From an uncultured Dehalococcoidia bacterium (GTDB lineage: Bacteria; Chloroflexota; Dehalococcoidia; Lucifugimonadales; UBA3495), in the NCBI GenBank assembly GCA_950072105.1, contig CATMOE010000003.1, positions 76,938 through 140,937 on the forward strand: a DNA stretch of 64,000 nt, written 5' to 3'. Position 1 is the stretch's first letter, and every line of letters starts with the position of its first letter. The notes beneath the pieces are model-generated. The model had not been told where the DNA came from. It saw only the letters and a list, made by a program, of their open reading frames with translations, and made no database searches. Position numbers and translations under genes: made by a program. Positions 26,327 through 36,057 of the stretch are shown here, in pieces.

Positions 26327-26443
26327 CGTATTTACCTCTTCAATTATTAACCAATAAGGGCCGGTCCAAGCTTGCTGATCTGCTGCTCAAGCAGCCCTTA
26401 ACCGTTTGTTTAGTTACACGCCGGTGTACCCTCTGAGTCCAGC

Positions 26444-27580
26444 CTACAGGAACTTGGTTTTCTCGAAGCTGCCTCCGACGATGGGCTTGGCATCCAGACC
26501 CATCCAGTCCTCCAGTATGGAAGTGTAGACCGACCTGAAGTCCTGGTTGTACTTAAGGTTGCCGCCTTCCTCTTGCTCATTGACATCTAGGGACGGGTAT
26601 TCGCCGTAGATGCCGCCCTTGACTCCCTCACCCACCGCGAAAGCGATGCCGGCGGAACCGTGATCGGTGCCGGAACCGTTGTCGGTGATCCGGCGTCCAA
26701 ACTCGGTGAACATGAACAGCAGTACGTTGTCGCTGGCCTGGTGTTCACGCAGGTCGGTCATGAAATTCTCCACTGTATTGGAGACATCGGTCCACAGACC
26801 GGAGTGCAGAGCCGCCTGGTTGGCGTGGGTGTCAAAGCTGTTGTAAGGGGAGGTTGTGTAGAGTACCCGGGTGCCGAAGCCCGCCAGGTGCGTCTGGGCG
26901 ATGTTCTTCATGTACTGGCCCACGGCGGAATTGGAATACTCAACGCTGGAACTGTACTTCTGGGGGGCGGTGGCCAGGATGTCGGCGCCCTTCAGAGCGT
27001 CGGTGCCGGTGTTGCGGATGTAGTCCATAACCGCGCCTCGGCCGATGGCCGGTGAGTACATGCGGCCAAATACGTCCAGAGCCTCACTGCGCTGGGAGTC
27101 GCCCTCGATCCCAGTCAGTAGCCCATAGGTTTCCAGGTCGCCTACGGATGCCACCGGCACGCCGTCTTTGGCCAATGCCCTGGGAAGGCCGCGGCCGAAG
27201 TTAACGCCGGTCAGCACGTTTTCGGAGTGGGGGTCCAAATCTTTAATAACCCGGCCCAGCCAGCCTTCGCTGCCCTGGGTGTCCGGCTCACAGGTGTGCC
27301 AGATGTCCATGGAACGGAAGTGGGAGTAGCTGGAGTTGGGATATCCCATGCCCAGGAATATCGCCAACTTCCCCTCGTCCCAGAACTTCTTTAGTGGACC
27401 CATGGCTGGGTGGAAGCCCAAGTCATCGTTTATGGGGATGATCTGGTCTTCGGAGATGGAAAGGGACGGCCGGAAATCCCGATACAATCCGTTGGATCGG
27501 GGAATTATCGTATTTAATCCATCGTTACCGCCAGACAGCGATAGAATCGCCAAGACGGGGTCTTTCTGGGTGGAAACCAT
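26444..27580 (-). CDS. DUF1501 family protein
   Basis: Motifs 'LSGGNDGLNT', 'SHFRSMDIW', 'FDTHANQ' and 'TEFGRR..DNGSGTDHG'. Confidence 0.9.
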   Translation of the reverse strand: MVSTQKDPVLAILSLSGGNDGLNTIIPRSNGLYRDFRPSLSISEDQIIPINDDLGFHPAMGPLKKFWDEGKLAIFLGMGYPNSSYSHFRSMDIWHTCEPDTQGSEGWLGRVIKDLDPHSENVLTGVNFGRGLPRALAKDGVPVASVGDLETYGLLTGIEGDSQRSEALDVFGRMYSPAIGRGAVMDYIRNTGTDALKGADILATAPQKYSSSVEYSNSAVGQYMKNIAQTHLAGFGTRVLYTTSPYNSFDTHANQAALHSGLWTDVSNTVENFMTDLREHQASDNVLLFMFTEFGRRITDNGSGTDHGSAGIAFAVGEGVKGGIYGEYPSLDVNEQEEGGNLKYNQDFRSVYTSILEDWMGLDAKPIVGGSFEKTKFL

Positions 27581-27603
27581 GTTATATCCTCCAACGCCTA
27601 TTA

Positions 27604-29028
27604 TTATTCAAACTGGAATTCCGCAGTGGAGGCAATCATCTGGAACATCTCCCCAGTGCGGCGTGTGAAATCACTTTGCTCGGAGCTGGAACCGTGGCGC
27701 AAGTCTCCGGCCTTCTGGGCATGAGCTACCAACTCGCTGCGGGTGCCGTCATCGACCGTGATCGGACCGATCAGGTCCAGGCATCCATCAACGAAGGTCT
27801 CAGGGGACAGGGAATCGCCACGGCTCATCAGGCGGTTTATCAGCCCCTTCACGCCGGGCAGTTCAGTGTTTCCCAGCAGATCTGAAGCGTAGTTGATCCG
27901 TTCCACCAGAGTGCCGCTGTCGATCCACTCTCTTCCGGTGTGCCAGCCCTCCACCGTCGGTGGATTCATCAGGTCCATGCCCATGTACTTGGGCTCTTGT
28001 GAGTGTTGGAAAAGGCCCAACTTGATCTCCCGGTGTTCTTCGACCAATCGCAAGGTTCCTGCCACCACTTCGGCAGGGCTCTTGACCTTGGCATAGCGGA
28101 CCTCTTCCGACTTGAACGTGTCCGAGTTGAACAGGACACGCAGCATTTCGGTGATGTCGTACCCAGAATCAAAGTACGCCTTTTCCATTTCTTGAATCAG
28201 GTTTAGGTTCTGTGGCGGAGTGAGGCGCCACGCCGGTATCTGAGCATCGTCGGCCACGAAGTAGTTGTAAAGGTGACGGGCCAAGAAACGAGCCGTCGCC
28301 GGCTGTTTACAAATGATGTCTAGAATGTCATCACCGTTCCACGGGCCGGTCTCACCAAGGAAAGTCTTCTCGCCGTCGTCGTGGTCCGCCGGGTCAAACC
28401 GGAACTCCCATGGGCTGCGCCCATAGGGGAAGGGCGGGTAAGCCGGGGCGTTGTTCCATCCGGTGAAGGCACGGGCGCAGGCCTTTACGTCATCCTCGGA
28501 GTAATTGAACTCTTCGTCCTTACCCGCTCCCAAGGAAAACAACTCCAGCAATTCCCTGCCGTAGTTCTCGTTCACCGCAACCTGATGGCTTTCCGTGTTG
28601 TCCAGGTAGTACATCATGCCGGGGCTAGTGGACAAACGGTAGATCAAGTCCCGGAAGTTTCCCATCCCATGTTCCCGGAACATGGCGACCATTCTACCCA
28701 TTTCATATCCGCTGTCGATCTTGCTGTGCCCGGCACAGAATATCATGTGCCAGAACAGGGACATCTTCTCCTGAAGTTGGCGCGGAGTGTTGATCATGGT
28801 GTAGAGCCACGCCTGCACGTTGTTCTCGATAGCCGCGGACTGCCAGTACGAAGGGTTGTACCGGTAGACCAAGTCCTCTTCGATAATCGGTTGACTCTCC
28901 GGGTTCAAGAGGTCGTCCAAGGTCTGTTGGTAGCCCTGGGCGGCTTTAGCCTCAATCTCGTCGCGGCTCGCTCCAAATCCGGATCGACGCAGCAAGTGAG
29001 CCATCAATGCAATGTTCTCGTCAGCCAT
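27604..29028 (-). CDS. DUF1800 family protein
   Basis: Motifs 'HLLRRSGFG', 'LQEKMSLFWH', 'YYLDN', 'NENYGRELLELFSLG' and 'PPTVEGW'. Confidence 0.9.
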   Translation of the reverse strand: MADENIALMAHLLRRSGFGASRDEIEAKAAQGYQQTLDDLLNPESQPIIEEDLVYRYNPSYWQSAAIENNVQAWLYTMINTPRQLQEKMSLFWHMIFCAGHSKIDSGYEMGRMVAMFREHGMGNFRDLIYRLSTSPGMMYYLDNTESHQVAVNENYGRELLELFSLGAGKDEEFNYSEDDVKACARAFTGWNNAPAYPPFPYGRSPWEFRFDPADHDDGEKTFLGETGPWNGDDILDIICKQPATARFLARHLYNYFVADDAQIPAWRLTPPQNLNLIQEMEKAYFDSGYDITEMLRVLFNSDTFKSEEVRYAKVKSPAEVVAGTLRLVEEHREIKLGLFQHSQEPKYMGMDLMNPPTVEGWHTGREWIDSGTLVERINYASDLLGNTELPGVKGLINRLMSRGDSLSPETFVDGCLDLIGPITVDDGTRSELVAHAQKAGDLRHGSSSEQSDFTRRTGEMFQMIASTAEFQFE

Positions 29029-29374
29029 TTCCTCCTCCTAATTCTCGCGCTTATTGTGCTTCATAGGGCTGGACCCTATGTCTTCTGATCCATATCCAAA
29101 GCGAATCTAAATCATGCCAATGGAAAACGCTCGGATTCTTGGACACCACTCTTTTGTAACAACCATTCTAAGGTAATTACAAAGTGTTAAAATGATATAG
29201 CTAGTGGAAGCCAGTGTCAATAGAAAAACGTGCCTGAAGGCACGACCGGCGCTAGCTATAAATCAAGGCCGAAATGGCCACACCAAAACGGCGGAGTCCA
29301 GCGTGAAAATGCAGCAACCGTCTAGTCCGGACCGATGGCCGGTGAAGTCTCGGGCTTACTACCTGCGATTATCC

Positions 29375-29404
29375 TTGACACCTCCGAATAGCCCCTGCTA
29401 GGAT
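29375..29404 (+). promoter_or_regulatory. Sigma70-type promoter for hopanoid cluster
   Basis: TTGACA (29375-80), an 18-bp spacer containing an extended TG, then TAGGAT (29399-404). Confidence 0.55.
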
Positions 29405-29482
29405 TTCTGCCATCGTCATCCTGCATAACCAGACAGCCTCGGCGCTGGTCTCATCGGGTTACCCTTCAGATGGACGAACCAC

Positions 29483-30565
29483 ATGAGCGGCAATATCTCC
29501 GGCCAACCGATCGCCTCAAGGGACCTAGGTCCGGGCCTGCCCGCGATGTTCGATAGGTACAAAAGCCGGGTTGAGCAAGAACTGTCCCGGTCCGTTCGAT
29601 TGCCTGAGGGGACCGACCCCTACACCCTGATACGATATCACCTGGGATGGGCGGACCAACGCGGTGTGACGGCCCGATCCGCGATCTCCCAGGGCAAGGC
29701 CATGAGGCCAACCCTATGTTTGTTCGCCTGCGAGGCGCTTGACGAAGACCCCGATAAGGCACTGCCCGCGGCTGCGGCTTTGGAATTGATCCACAACTTC
29801 TCGTTGATCCACGACGATATTCAGGACCAGGATGTAGAGCGCCGCCACCAACCCACCGTTTGGTCCATCTGGGGAGTGCCCAAGGCTTTGGTGGCGGGCG
29901 ACGCCATGCAATCCGTGGGGGATGTTTGCCTACTAAACACGTCCAGATATGGTGTGCCGCCCCAAACCATCCTTAGAATCTCGAACATTCTTACTTCCAG
30001 CTATTTAGAAATGATTCAAGGTCAGTGCCTAGATCTGGGTTTTGAGTCCAGCACTGAAATAACATCGGCGGATTATCTTCAGATGATCGCTTTCAAGACC
30101 GGCGCTTTGATCCGCAGCGGTATGGAGATCGGCGCATTGCTGGCCACCGGAGACCACGCCGCGTACCAAGCTTTCTCAACCTTTGGCAGTTGCGTCGGCC
30201 GGGCATTTCAGATCAGGGACGATTACCTGGGGATATGGGGAGATACTTCCCTTACTGGAAAATCAGCCGGGAACGACATCCGGCGGCATAAACAATCGTT
30301 CCCGATCGTTTATGCTTTCGAGCGAGCGTCGGGTAAGAACCGGGAAGACCTACTGCGGATCTATGCTAAGGAAGAGATTGACGACGATGATGTTGGCCGG
30401 GTGCTGGCCATTCTCGACGACGTAGGGGCCCGGGATGAGTCCGAGTCGTTGACTGAGGCTAGCGCCGAGCAGGCTTTGGAAGCTATTGCTTCAGTTAGTC
30501 TGCCGGCCTGGGCCAGAACCGAGGCTGAAGGTCTGGTCGATTTTCTAGCACGGCGCCAGTATTGA
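29483..30565 (+). CDS. Short-chain polyprenyl diphosphate synthase (FPP/GGPP, IdsA type)
   Basis: Motifs 'GKAMRP', 'HNFSLIHDDIQD' (Phe at -5), 'GQCLD', 'KTG' and 'FQIRDDYLG'. Confidence 0.9.
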   Translation: MSGNISGQPIASRDLGPGLPAMFDRYKSRVEQELSRSVRLPEGTDPYTLIRYHLGWADQRGVTARSAISQGKAMRPTLCLFACEALDEDPDKALPAAAALELIHNFSLIHDDIQDQDVERRHQPTVWSIWGVPKALVAGDAMQSVGDVCLLNTSRYGVPPQTILRISNILTSSYLEMIQGQCLDLGFESSTEITSADYLQMIAFKTGALIRSGMEIGALLATGDHAAYQAFSTFGSCVGRAFQIRDDYLGIWGDTSLTGKSAGNDIRRHKQSFPIVYAFERASGKNREDLLRIYAKEEIDDDDVGRVLAILDDVGARDESESLTEASAEQALEAIASVSLPAWARTEAEGLVDFLARRQY

Positions 30566-30638
30566 GCCCGATGTCGGTACATACGCTCCGTGCCACCATG
30601 AATCAATACCCTGCTATACAAGGACCGGTTGACGAATC

Positions 30639-31679
30639 ATGAAACCTGCGAAACGTCCGATCGAGCTTTCCTTCCGGTTGGCGCTGTACCTCTTGAAAAA
30701 CCGCCTGGCCGGCCGCAAGAGATTTCCATTGGTGACCATGCTTGAGCCTCTAGAGATGTGCAACCTGGCATGTGCGGGCTGCGGACGTATCCGTGAATAT
30801 CAGCCGGTTATCGACAAGATGATGCCGGTGGACGTGGCCCTTGACGCCGTGAAGGAGTCGGGCGCTCCCATCGTCTCGATCGCCGGTGGCGAACCGACGA
30901 TACATCCCAAGATTGACGAGATAATAAACCGGCTGATCGAACAAAAATACTTCGTCTATTGCTGCACCAACGGTCTGCTCTTGGATAGGATGCTTCCCAA
31001 GATACCTCCTTCCAAGTACTTCTGTTGGGTCATCCACATGGACGGAATGGAAGAGAAGCACGACGAGTCGGTTGCCCGCAAGGGAGTCTTCAAGAAGGCG
31101 GTTCAGGGCATGGAGTTGGCGTTGAGCCAAGGCTACCGTGTCTGCACTAACACCACGATATTCAAGAACAGCGACGTGGAAGACCTTTGGGAGATGTTCC
31201 GCCTGGTGAATGAAATAGGCGTGGAAGGGTCCATGATCTCGCCGGGCTACGACTTCGAAGACGCGCCCGACCGGGACCTATTCCTAACCAGGCAGGAGTC
31301 CCGGAACATCTTCAAAAAACTGTTGGACCCGACTCGAACCGGGGGCATGAAGTTTTACAACAATCCCTTGTATCTGAACTTTTTGCAGGGAGACCGGGAA
31401 TACCAATGTACCGCATGGTCCAACCCCACCTATACCGTCCTCGGATGGCGCAAACCGTGCTACCCGCTGGCGGACGAGCACGTTCAAGACGTCAACGAGT
31501 TATACGAGGCTGGTCTATGGCAGAAGTACGGTGTGGGCAACGACCCACGTTGCGCCAATTGCATGATGCATTGCGGATTTGAGTCCGCCACCATCTTCCA
31601 AGCCATCTCCACGCCCAAAGACTGGGCTACCCTGATTAAATCGGGAGCTGCCCACAAGGGCGGCATCACCGCCGCATAG
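30639..31679 (+). CDS. hpnH: Adenosylhopane synthase, radical SAM
   Basis: Motifs 'FPLVTMLEPLEMCNLACAGCGRI', 'SIAGGEP', 'CTAWSNPT..VLGWRKPCY' and 'DPRCANCMMHCGFE'. Confidence 0.92.
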   Translation: MKPAKRPIELSFRLALYLLKNRLAGRKRFPLVTMLEPLEMCNLACAGCGRIREYQPVIDKMMPVDVALDAVKESGAPIVSIAGGEPTIHPKIDEIINRLIEQKYFVYCCTNGLLLDRMLPKIPPSKYFCWVIHMDGMEEKHDESVARKGVFKKAVQGMELALSQGYRVCTNTTIFKNSDVEDLWEMFRLVNEIGVEGSMISPGYDFEDAPDRDLFLTRQESRNIFKKLLDPTRTGGMKFYNNPLYLNFLQGDREYQCTAWSNPTYTVLGWRKPCYPLADEHVQDVNELYEAGLWQKYGVGNDPRCANCMMHCGFESATIFQAISTPKDWATLIKSGAAHKGGITAA

Positions 31680-31687
31680 CCGCCGGA

Positions 31688-32428
31688 GTGGTATTGCTAG
31701 CCATCATTGCCAGCATGGAGAGGGAACTGTCCGGTTTGCGGCGCAAGATTTCGTCCGAACGATCCGTAGATTCGTTGAACCTAAGAGTGATTGGCGTCGG
31801 GAATTCCCGACGCCAATCCGGTCTTCGGGAGATACTTAGATGTACTTCGAATGGCCAGCCAAAGGGAGTGTTGATGTTGGGATTCGCCGGTGCGGTGGAG
31901 CGGAAACTCAAGACCGGAGGTCTTGTTCTATCCAGCAAGTACTATCTAGACGCCCCTAACGAGAATTTTCTGACGCCCGATCCGGCGATGCGGCAGATTG
32001 CGATAACCGCCGCGGCCAACGCCGGATTGCCGGTAACTCACTCAGATTCCCTCACTGTAGATGCTATCGTTGCCACCCCGGAAGCCAAAGCGGCGTTGGC
32101 CGAGAAATATCCTGTGGGAATCGTAGAGATGGAAGGCTACTGGCTGGCGGCGGAAATCCAAGACGCCGGTGTGCCATTTATCTCGGCGCGTGTCGTACTG
32201 GACACCGCCCTCCAAAGTTTGCCCGGTCACTTGCTCGGACTATCCCAAGGCCGTACTCAGGATGTACTCCGAACAGCCGCCATGCCGTGGCGCGCCCCGG
32301 CCCTTTTGAGACTGGCGTACCAGGCTCGAATCGCCCGGCAAGCGCTGTCCCGATTCGCGTTATCCTTTATCCGGCAATGGGAAAGAGAAGGACATCCCTT
32401 GACGGCGGCAAACGTATCCTTAATTTGA
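31688..32428 (+). CDS. hpnG: Hopanoid-associated nucleoside phosphorylase
   Basis: PNP-fold motifs 'GFAGA', 'VEMEG' and 'ARVVLD'; follows hpnH. Confidence 0.75.
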   Translation: MVLLAIIASMERELSGLRRKISSERSVDSLNLRVIGVGNSRRQSGLREILRCTSNGQPKGVLMLGFAGAVERKLKTGGLVLSSKYYLDAPNENFLTPDPAMRQIAITAAANAGLPVTHSDSLTVDAIVATPEAKAALAEKYPVGIVEMEGYWLAAEIQDAGVPFISARVVLDTALQSLPGHLLGLSQGRTQDVLRTAAMPWRAPALLRLAYQARIARQALSRFALSFIRQWEREGHPLTAANVSLI

Positions 32429-32471
32429 TAGAATTCTACGCCCTGCTCGAATCGTCGCGACAGTGAGATGA

Positions 32472-33470
32472 ATGAAGGTTCTGGTCACCGGGGCCACTGG
32501 TTTTATCGGAGGCAACCTGGCCCGGAGGCTCTGCCAACACGGTTATGAAGTAAGAGCCCTAGTCAGGCCGCAAGCGAACAAATTAACAATCGATGGAACG
32601 GGCGTTGAACAGATCCCAGGAGATATTCTAGATCGTGAGTCCGTGGCCCGGGCAGTGCAAGGTTGTCAGGCGGTTTTTCATTGCGCCGCGATCTATGCCT
32701 TCTGGTCTAGGACGCCGAGCTTTATCCACCGGACTAACGTGGATGGCACGGCGATAGTCCTACAGGCGGCCCGGCAGGCCGGAGTTTCCCGCGTCGTGTA
32801 CACCAGCACCGTTTCCACCATGGGGTTCTCTCCTGGAGAACTTAGCACCGAGGAAACCTTGCTGGATCCGGACCATCTGGTAGGGCATTATAAAAAATCC
32901 AAGTACCAGGCTGAATTGGTCGCCCTCAAAATGGCCGCCGAAGGTTTGCCTGTGATCGTAGTCAATCCGACGGCCCCGGTCGGGCGATGGGACGTTAAAC
33001 CCACGCCCACCGGCAGGATCATCTTGGACTTCATGCGAGGAAGGATTCCCGCCTACTTGGACACCGGGATGAATCTGGTGGACGTCGAGGACGTGGCCGA
33101 GGGCCATATCCTGGCGATGGAGAGCGGGATATCCGGCCAGAGATACCTTTTGGGAAATGAGAACGTGTCCCTGCGTGAAATATTCGAAAAGCTCCAGGAG
33201 ATAACCGGCCGTCGCGCTCCCCGTTGGCGCGTCCCATTTTGGCTGGCTCTGGCGGCGGGCTATCTAGATCAGGCGGTGGAAGGTAAAATGCTAAACCGGG
33301 AGCCGAGGATACCGGTTGAAGGCTTGAAGGTAGCAAAATCTCCAATGTACGTGGATTGCGGAAAAGCGGTCCGGGAATTGGGTCAGCCCCAAAGCGCCGT
33401 AGAGTCTGCATTGGAGAAAGCGGTGCGGTGGTTCACCGATCACGGTTACGCTAAATCGCGGGTACGCTAG
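32472..33470 (+). CDS. hpnA: Hopanoid-associated NAD-dependent epimerase/dehydratase
   Basis: Motifs 'VTGATGFIG', 'YKKSK', 'NPTAPVG..DVKPTPTGRII' and 'DTGMNLVDVEDVA.GH'. Confidence 0.88.
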   Translation: MKVLVTGATGFIGGNLARRLCQHGYEVRALVRPQANKLTIDGTGVEQIPGDILDRESVARAVQGCQAVFHCAAIYAFWSRTPSFIHRTNVDGTAIVLQAARQAGVSRVVYTSTVSTMGFSPGELSTEETLLDPDHLVGHYKKSKYQAELVALKMAAEGLPVIVVNPTAPVGRWDVKPTPTGRIILDFMRGRIPAYLDTGMNLVDVEDVAEGHILAMESGISGQRYLLGNENVSLREIFEKLQEITGRRAPRWRVPFWLALAAGYLDQAVEGKMLNREPRIPVEGLKVAKSPMYVDCGKAVRELGQPQSAVESALEKAVRWFTDHGYAKSRVR

Positions 33471-33488
33471 ATCGGGAGCAAAGCAGAA

Positions 33489-35576
33489 TTGACGGTTTAC
33501 CAGGAAAATATAGTGGGGGCGCCTTCCGGGGAGAAGCTGGAGCTGGCTATCACCCGTTGCCGTGAGTTCTTTCGCCAGAATCAATATGACGATGGATACT
33601 GGTGGGGAGAATTGGAGTCCAATCCCACCATGGAAGCCGAATACCTGCTGCTGTCCCACTTCCTGGGCAGGCCGGATAAAGACCGGTGGCGAAAAGTCTG
33701 CAACCAGATCCTTCAAAAACAGGGCGACGACGGATCGTGGGGCCAATATTATCAGGCGCCCGGCGACCTGAGCACTTCGGTTGAGTGCTATTTCGCTTTG
33801 AAATTGGCCGGACATTCCTCCGACGAGGTATATATGTCCAAGGCCCGCGCCTTCATCCTCTCCAGGGGCGGAGTACCGAATTCCCGAATCTTCACTAAGA
33901 TCTGGCTGGCCTTGTTTGGGCAGTGGGATTGGAAAGGCGTTCCCAACTTGCCTCCAGAATTGATTCTTGTGCCGCCGTCTTTGCCCTTCAGCGTCTACGA
34001 CTTTGCCGGCTGGGCTCGCCCAACCATTGTTCCCATGTTGGTTATCTTGAGTCGCCAGCCGTACTGCCCGATTCCAGATTGGGCGAACTTGGACGAGCTG
34101 TACCCGAAGCCTAGGGAAGAAACCGATTACTCCTTGCCCAAACCCCAGTCTCGTTGGGGATGGGCGAAACTGCTGTACCACTTGGACCAACTTGTTGGGC
34201 TCTACCAACTTTTCCCCGTGCACCCTCTTCGCGGTTGGGCCGAGCGAAAGATCGTCGATTGGGTGGTTGGTCATCAAGAGCCCAACGGTTCCTGGGCCGG
34301 GATTCAGCCTCCTTGGGTCTATTCCCTGATCGCTCTGCATCAAATGGGATTTGCTTCCGACCATCCGGTTATGGAAAAAGGATTTGCCGGCATCGACGGA
34401 TACGCCATCGAAGACGAGGATACGTTCTCGGTACAGGGTTGCATATCGCCCGTTTGGGACACCTGTCTCGCCCAGGTGGGCTTGATCGAATCGGGCGTGG
34501 GCGAAGCCGATCCCATGATTCAGAGATCCACTCGATGGCTCCTAGACCAACAGATCTTTGAACCAGGCGACTGGCAGGTACGGGCGAAAAACGTGGAGCC
34601 CGGCGGATGGGCATTCGAGTTCGACAACAACAGATACCCGGATATTGACGACACTTCGGAAGTTATAATGGCTCTGAATCTGGCGCGTCTGGGTCCGGAG
34701 GACGACCCTAGGCGGCGTCGCGCCATCAAGCGGGGCGTGAATTGGATCTTGGCTTTACAAAGCAAGGATGGCGGTTGGGGCGCCTTTGACAAGGACAACA
34801 ATCGGACCTACGTGAGCAGACTTCCATTTTCAGATTTCGGCGAGGTCCTGGACCCGACCAGCGCGGATGTTACCTCTCACATCCTGGAGATGATGGGTAA
34901 ACTTGGCTACCGGCAAGACTTTCCGCCCTTGTCCAGGGCGCTGCGATACATACTTGATAGGCAAGAAGAAGACGGTTCTTGGTTCGGCCGGTGGGGCGTC
35001 AACTACATCTACGGGGTTGGCGCCGTGCTGCCGGCTTTGGCCGCCATCAAAGAGGACATGAGCCAGCCTTACGTCATCCGGGCCGTGGAGTGGCTGGTTG
35101 CCCATCAGAACGAGGACGGGGGATGGGGTGAAAGTTGCGGCTCCTATGTCGACACGGCTCTGCGCGGGGTCGGTCCCAGCACTCCTTCGCAAACGTCGTG
35201 GGCATTGATCGCTCTGCTGGCCGCTGGGAAGGAAACCAGCGATCCAGTTATCCAGGGCGTCAGATACCTTTTGGAAACACAGGACGAAGGGGGATGTTGG
35301 GACGAACCCTACTTCACCGGCACCGGTTTCCCCGGCTACGGAGCGGGAGAGCCGCCCAAAACCCTGCCTAAACCGGGCGAGTTAAGATATCAGGGCTTGG
35401 ATATGCCCGGCGGGTTTATGATCAATTATCATATGTATCGCAACTATTGGCCGCTGATGGCCCTGGGGCGATACAAGAGACAAACTTCCGGCCATCACTG
35501 GGATGCCATCCAAACTAATGGGACGGAACCTCAGAAGACATACGTACAAGGGGATGCCAGCCAATATGAAAGCTAA
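33489..35576 (+). CDS. shc: Squalene-hopene cyclase
   Basis: Catalytic 'YPDIDDT' (DxDD), QW repeats, 'SPVWDT', 'GGWAFE' and 'WFGRWGVNYIYG'. Confidence 0.95.
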   Translation: MTVYQENIVGAPSGEKLELAITRCREFFRQNQYDDGYWWGELESNPTMEAEYLLLSHFLGRPDKDRWRKVCNQILQKQGDDGSWGQYYQAPGDLSTSVECYFALKLAGHSSDEVYMSKARAFILSRGGVPNSRIFTKIWLALFGQWDWKGVPNLPPELILVPPSLPFSVYDFAGWARPTIVPMLVILSRQPYCPIPDWANLDELYPKPREETDYSLPKPQSRWGWAKLLYHLDQLVGLYQLFPVHPLRGWAERKIVDWVVGHQEPNGSWAGIQPPWVYSLIALHQMGFASDHPVMEKGFAGIDGYAIEDEDTFSVQGCISPVWDTCLAQVGLIESGVGEADPMIQRSTRWLLDQQIFEPGDWQVRAKNVEPGGWAFEFDNNRYPDIDDTSEVIMALNLARLGPEDDPRRRRAIKRGVNWILALQSKDGGWGAFDKDNNRTYVSRLPFSDFGEVLDPTSADVTSHILEMMGKLGYRQDFPPLSRALRYILDRQEEDGSWFGRWGVNYIYGVGAVLPALAAIKEDMSQPYVIRAVEWLVAHQNEDGGWGESCGSYVDTALRGVGPSTPSQTSWALIALLAAGKETSDPVIQGVRYLLETQDEGGCWDEPYFTGTGFPGYGAGEPPKTLPKPGELRYQGLDMPGGFMINYHMYRNYWPLMALGRYKRQTSGHHWDAIQTNGTEPQKTYVQGDASQYES

Positions 35577-36009
35577 GTCTTTCTGCCTCCAGCTTCGCAC
35601 CGAGCGAGCGCCCCAGTTCATCGACATCACCGGCTGGGTCGGCGAATGTGTGGCAAAATCCAAAGTTAGCAACGGATTTGTGGTCGTTTACTCAAAACAT
35701 ACCACCGCGGCTATCAAGATAAACGAGAACGAACCTCTTCTGATCGAAGATATGTCAAAGTTCTTGGAGAAAATCTCGCCACGTAATGGCGGCTACCAAC
35801 ACAATGACTTCACCATCCGCACCGTGAACATGACTTCCGACGAATCGCCCAACGCCCACGCCCACTTGCAGCACCTCCTACTGGGCACCAGCGAAACCGT
35901 TCCCATCGTTGACGGGTCTATGCAATTTGGCCAATACCAAAGCGTGTTTTTCATCGAACTGGACCATCCTAGAGACCGGGAAGTTATGGTCCAGATTGTT
36001 GGGGATTAA
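35566..36009 (+). CDS. yjbQ: YjbQ/UPF0047 family protein
   Basis: Motifs 'FIDIT', 'HTTAAIKINENE', 'NAHAH' and 'GQYQSVFFIELD..R'. ATG 35566 overlaps the end of shc. Confidence 0.88.
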   Translation: MKAKSFCLQLRTERAPQFIDITGWVGECVAKSKVSNGFVVVYSKHTTAAIKINENEPLLIEDMSKFLEKISPRNGGYQHNDFTIRTVNMTSDESPNAHAHLQHLLLGTSETVPIVDGSMQFGQYQSVFFIELDHPRDREVMVQIVGD

Positions 36010-36057
36010 AACCTCCGGCTAGCCGTATCGCGATATGTCGCCGGAAGACGAGCATTT

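Noticed and set aside
33291..34364. 357-aa antisense ORF over shc (likewise 48501-49340 over sufD and 55579-56454 over the CoA-transferase)
   Set aside because: These are shadow ORFs expected from GC-rich codon bias and show no recognisable motifs.
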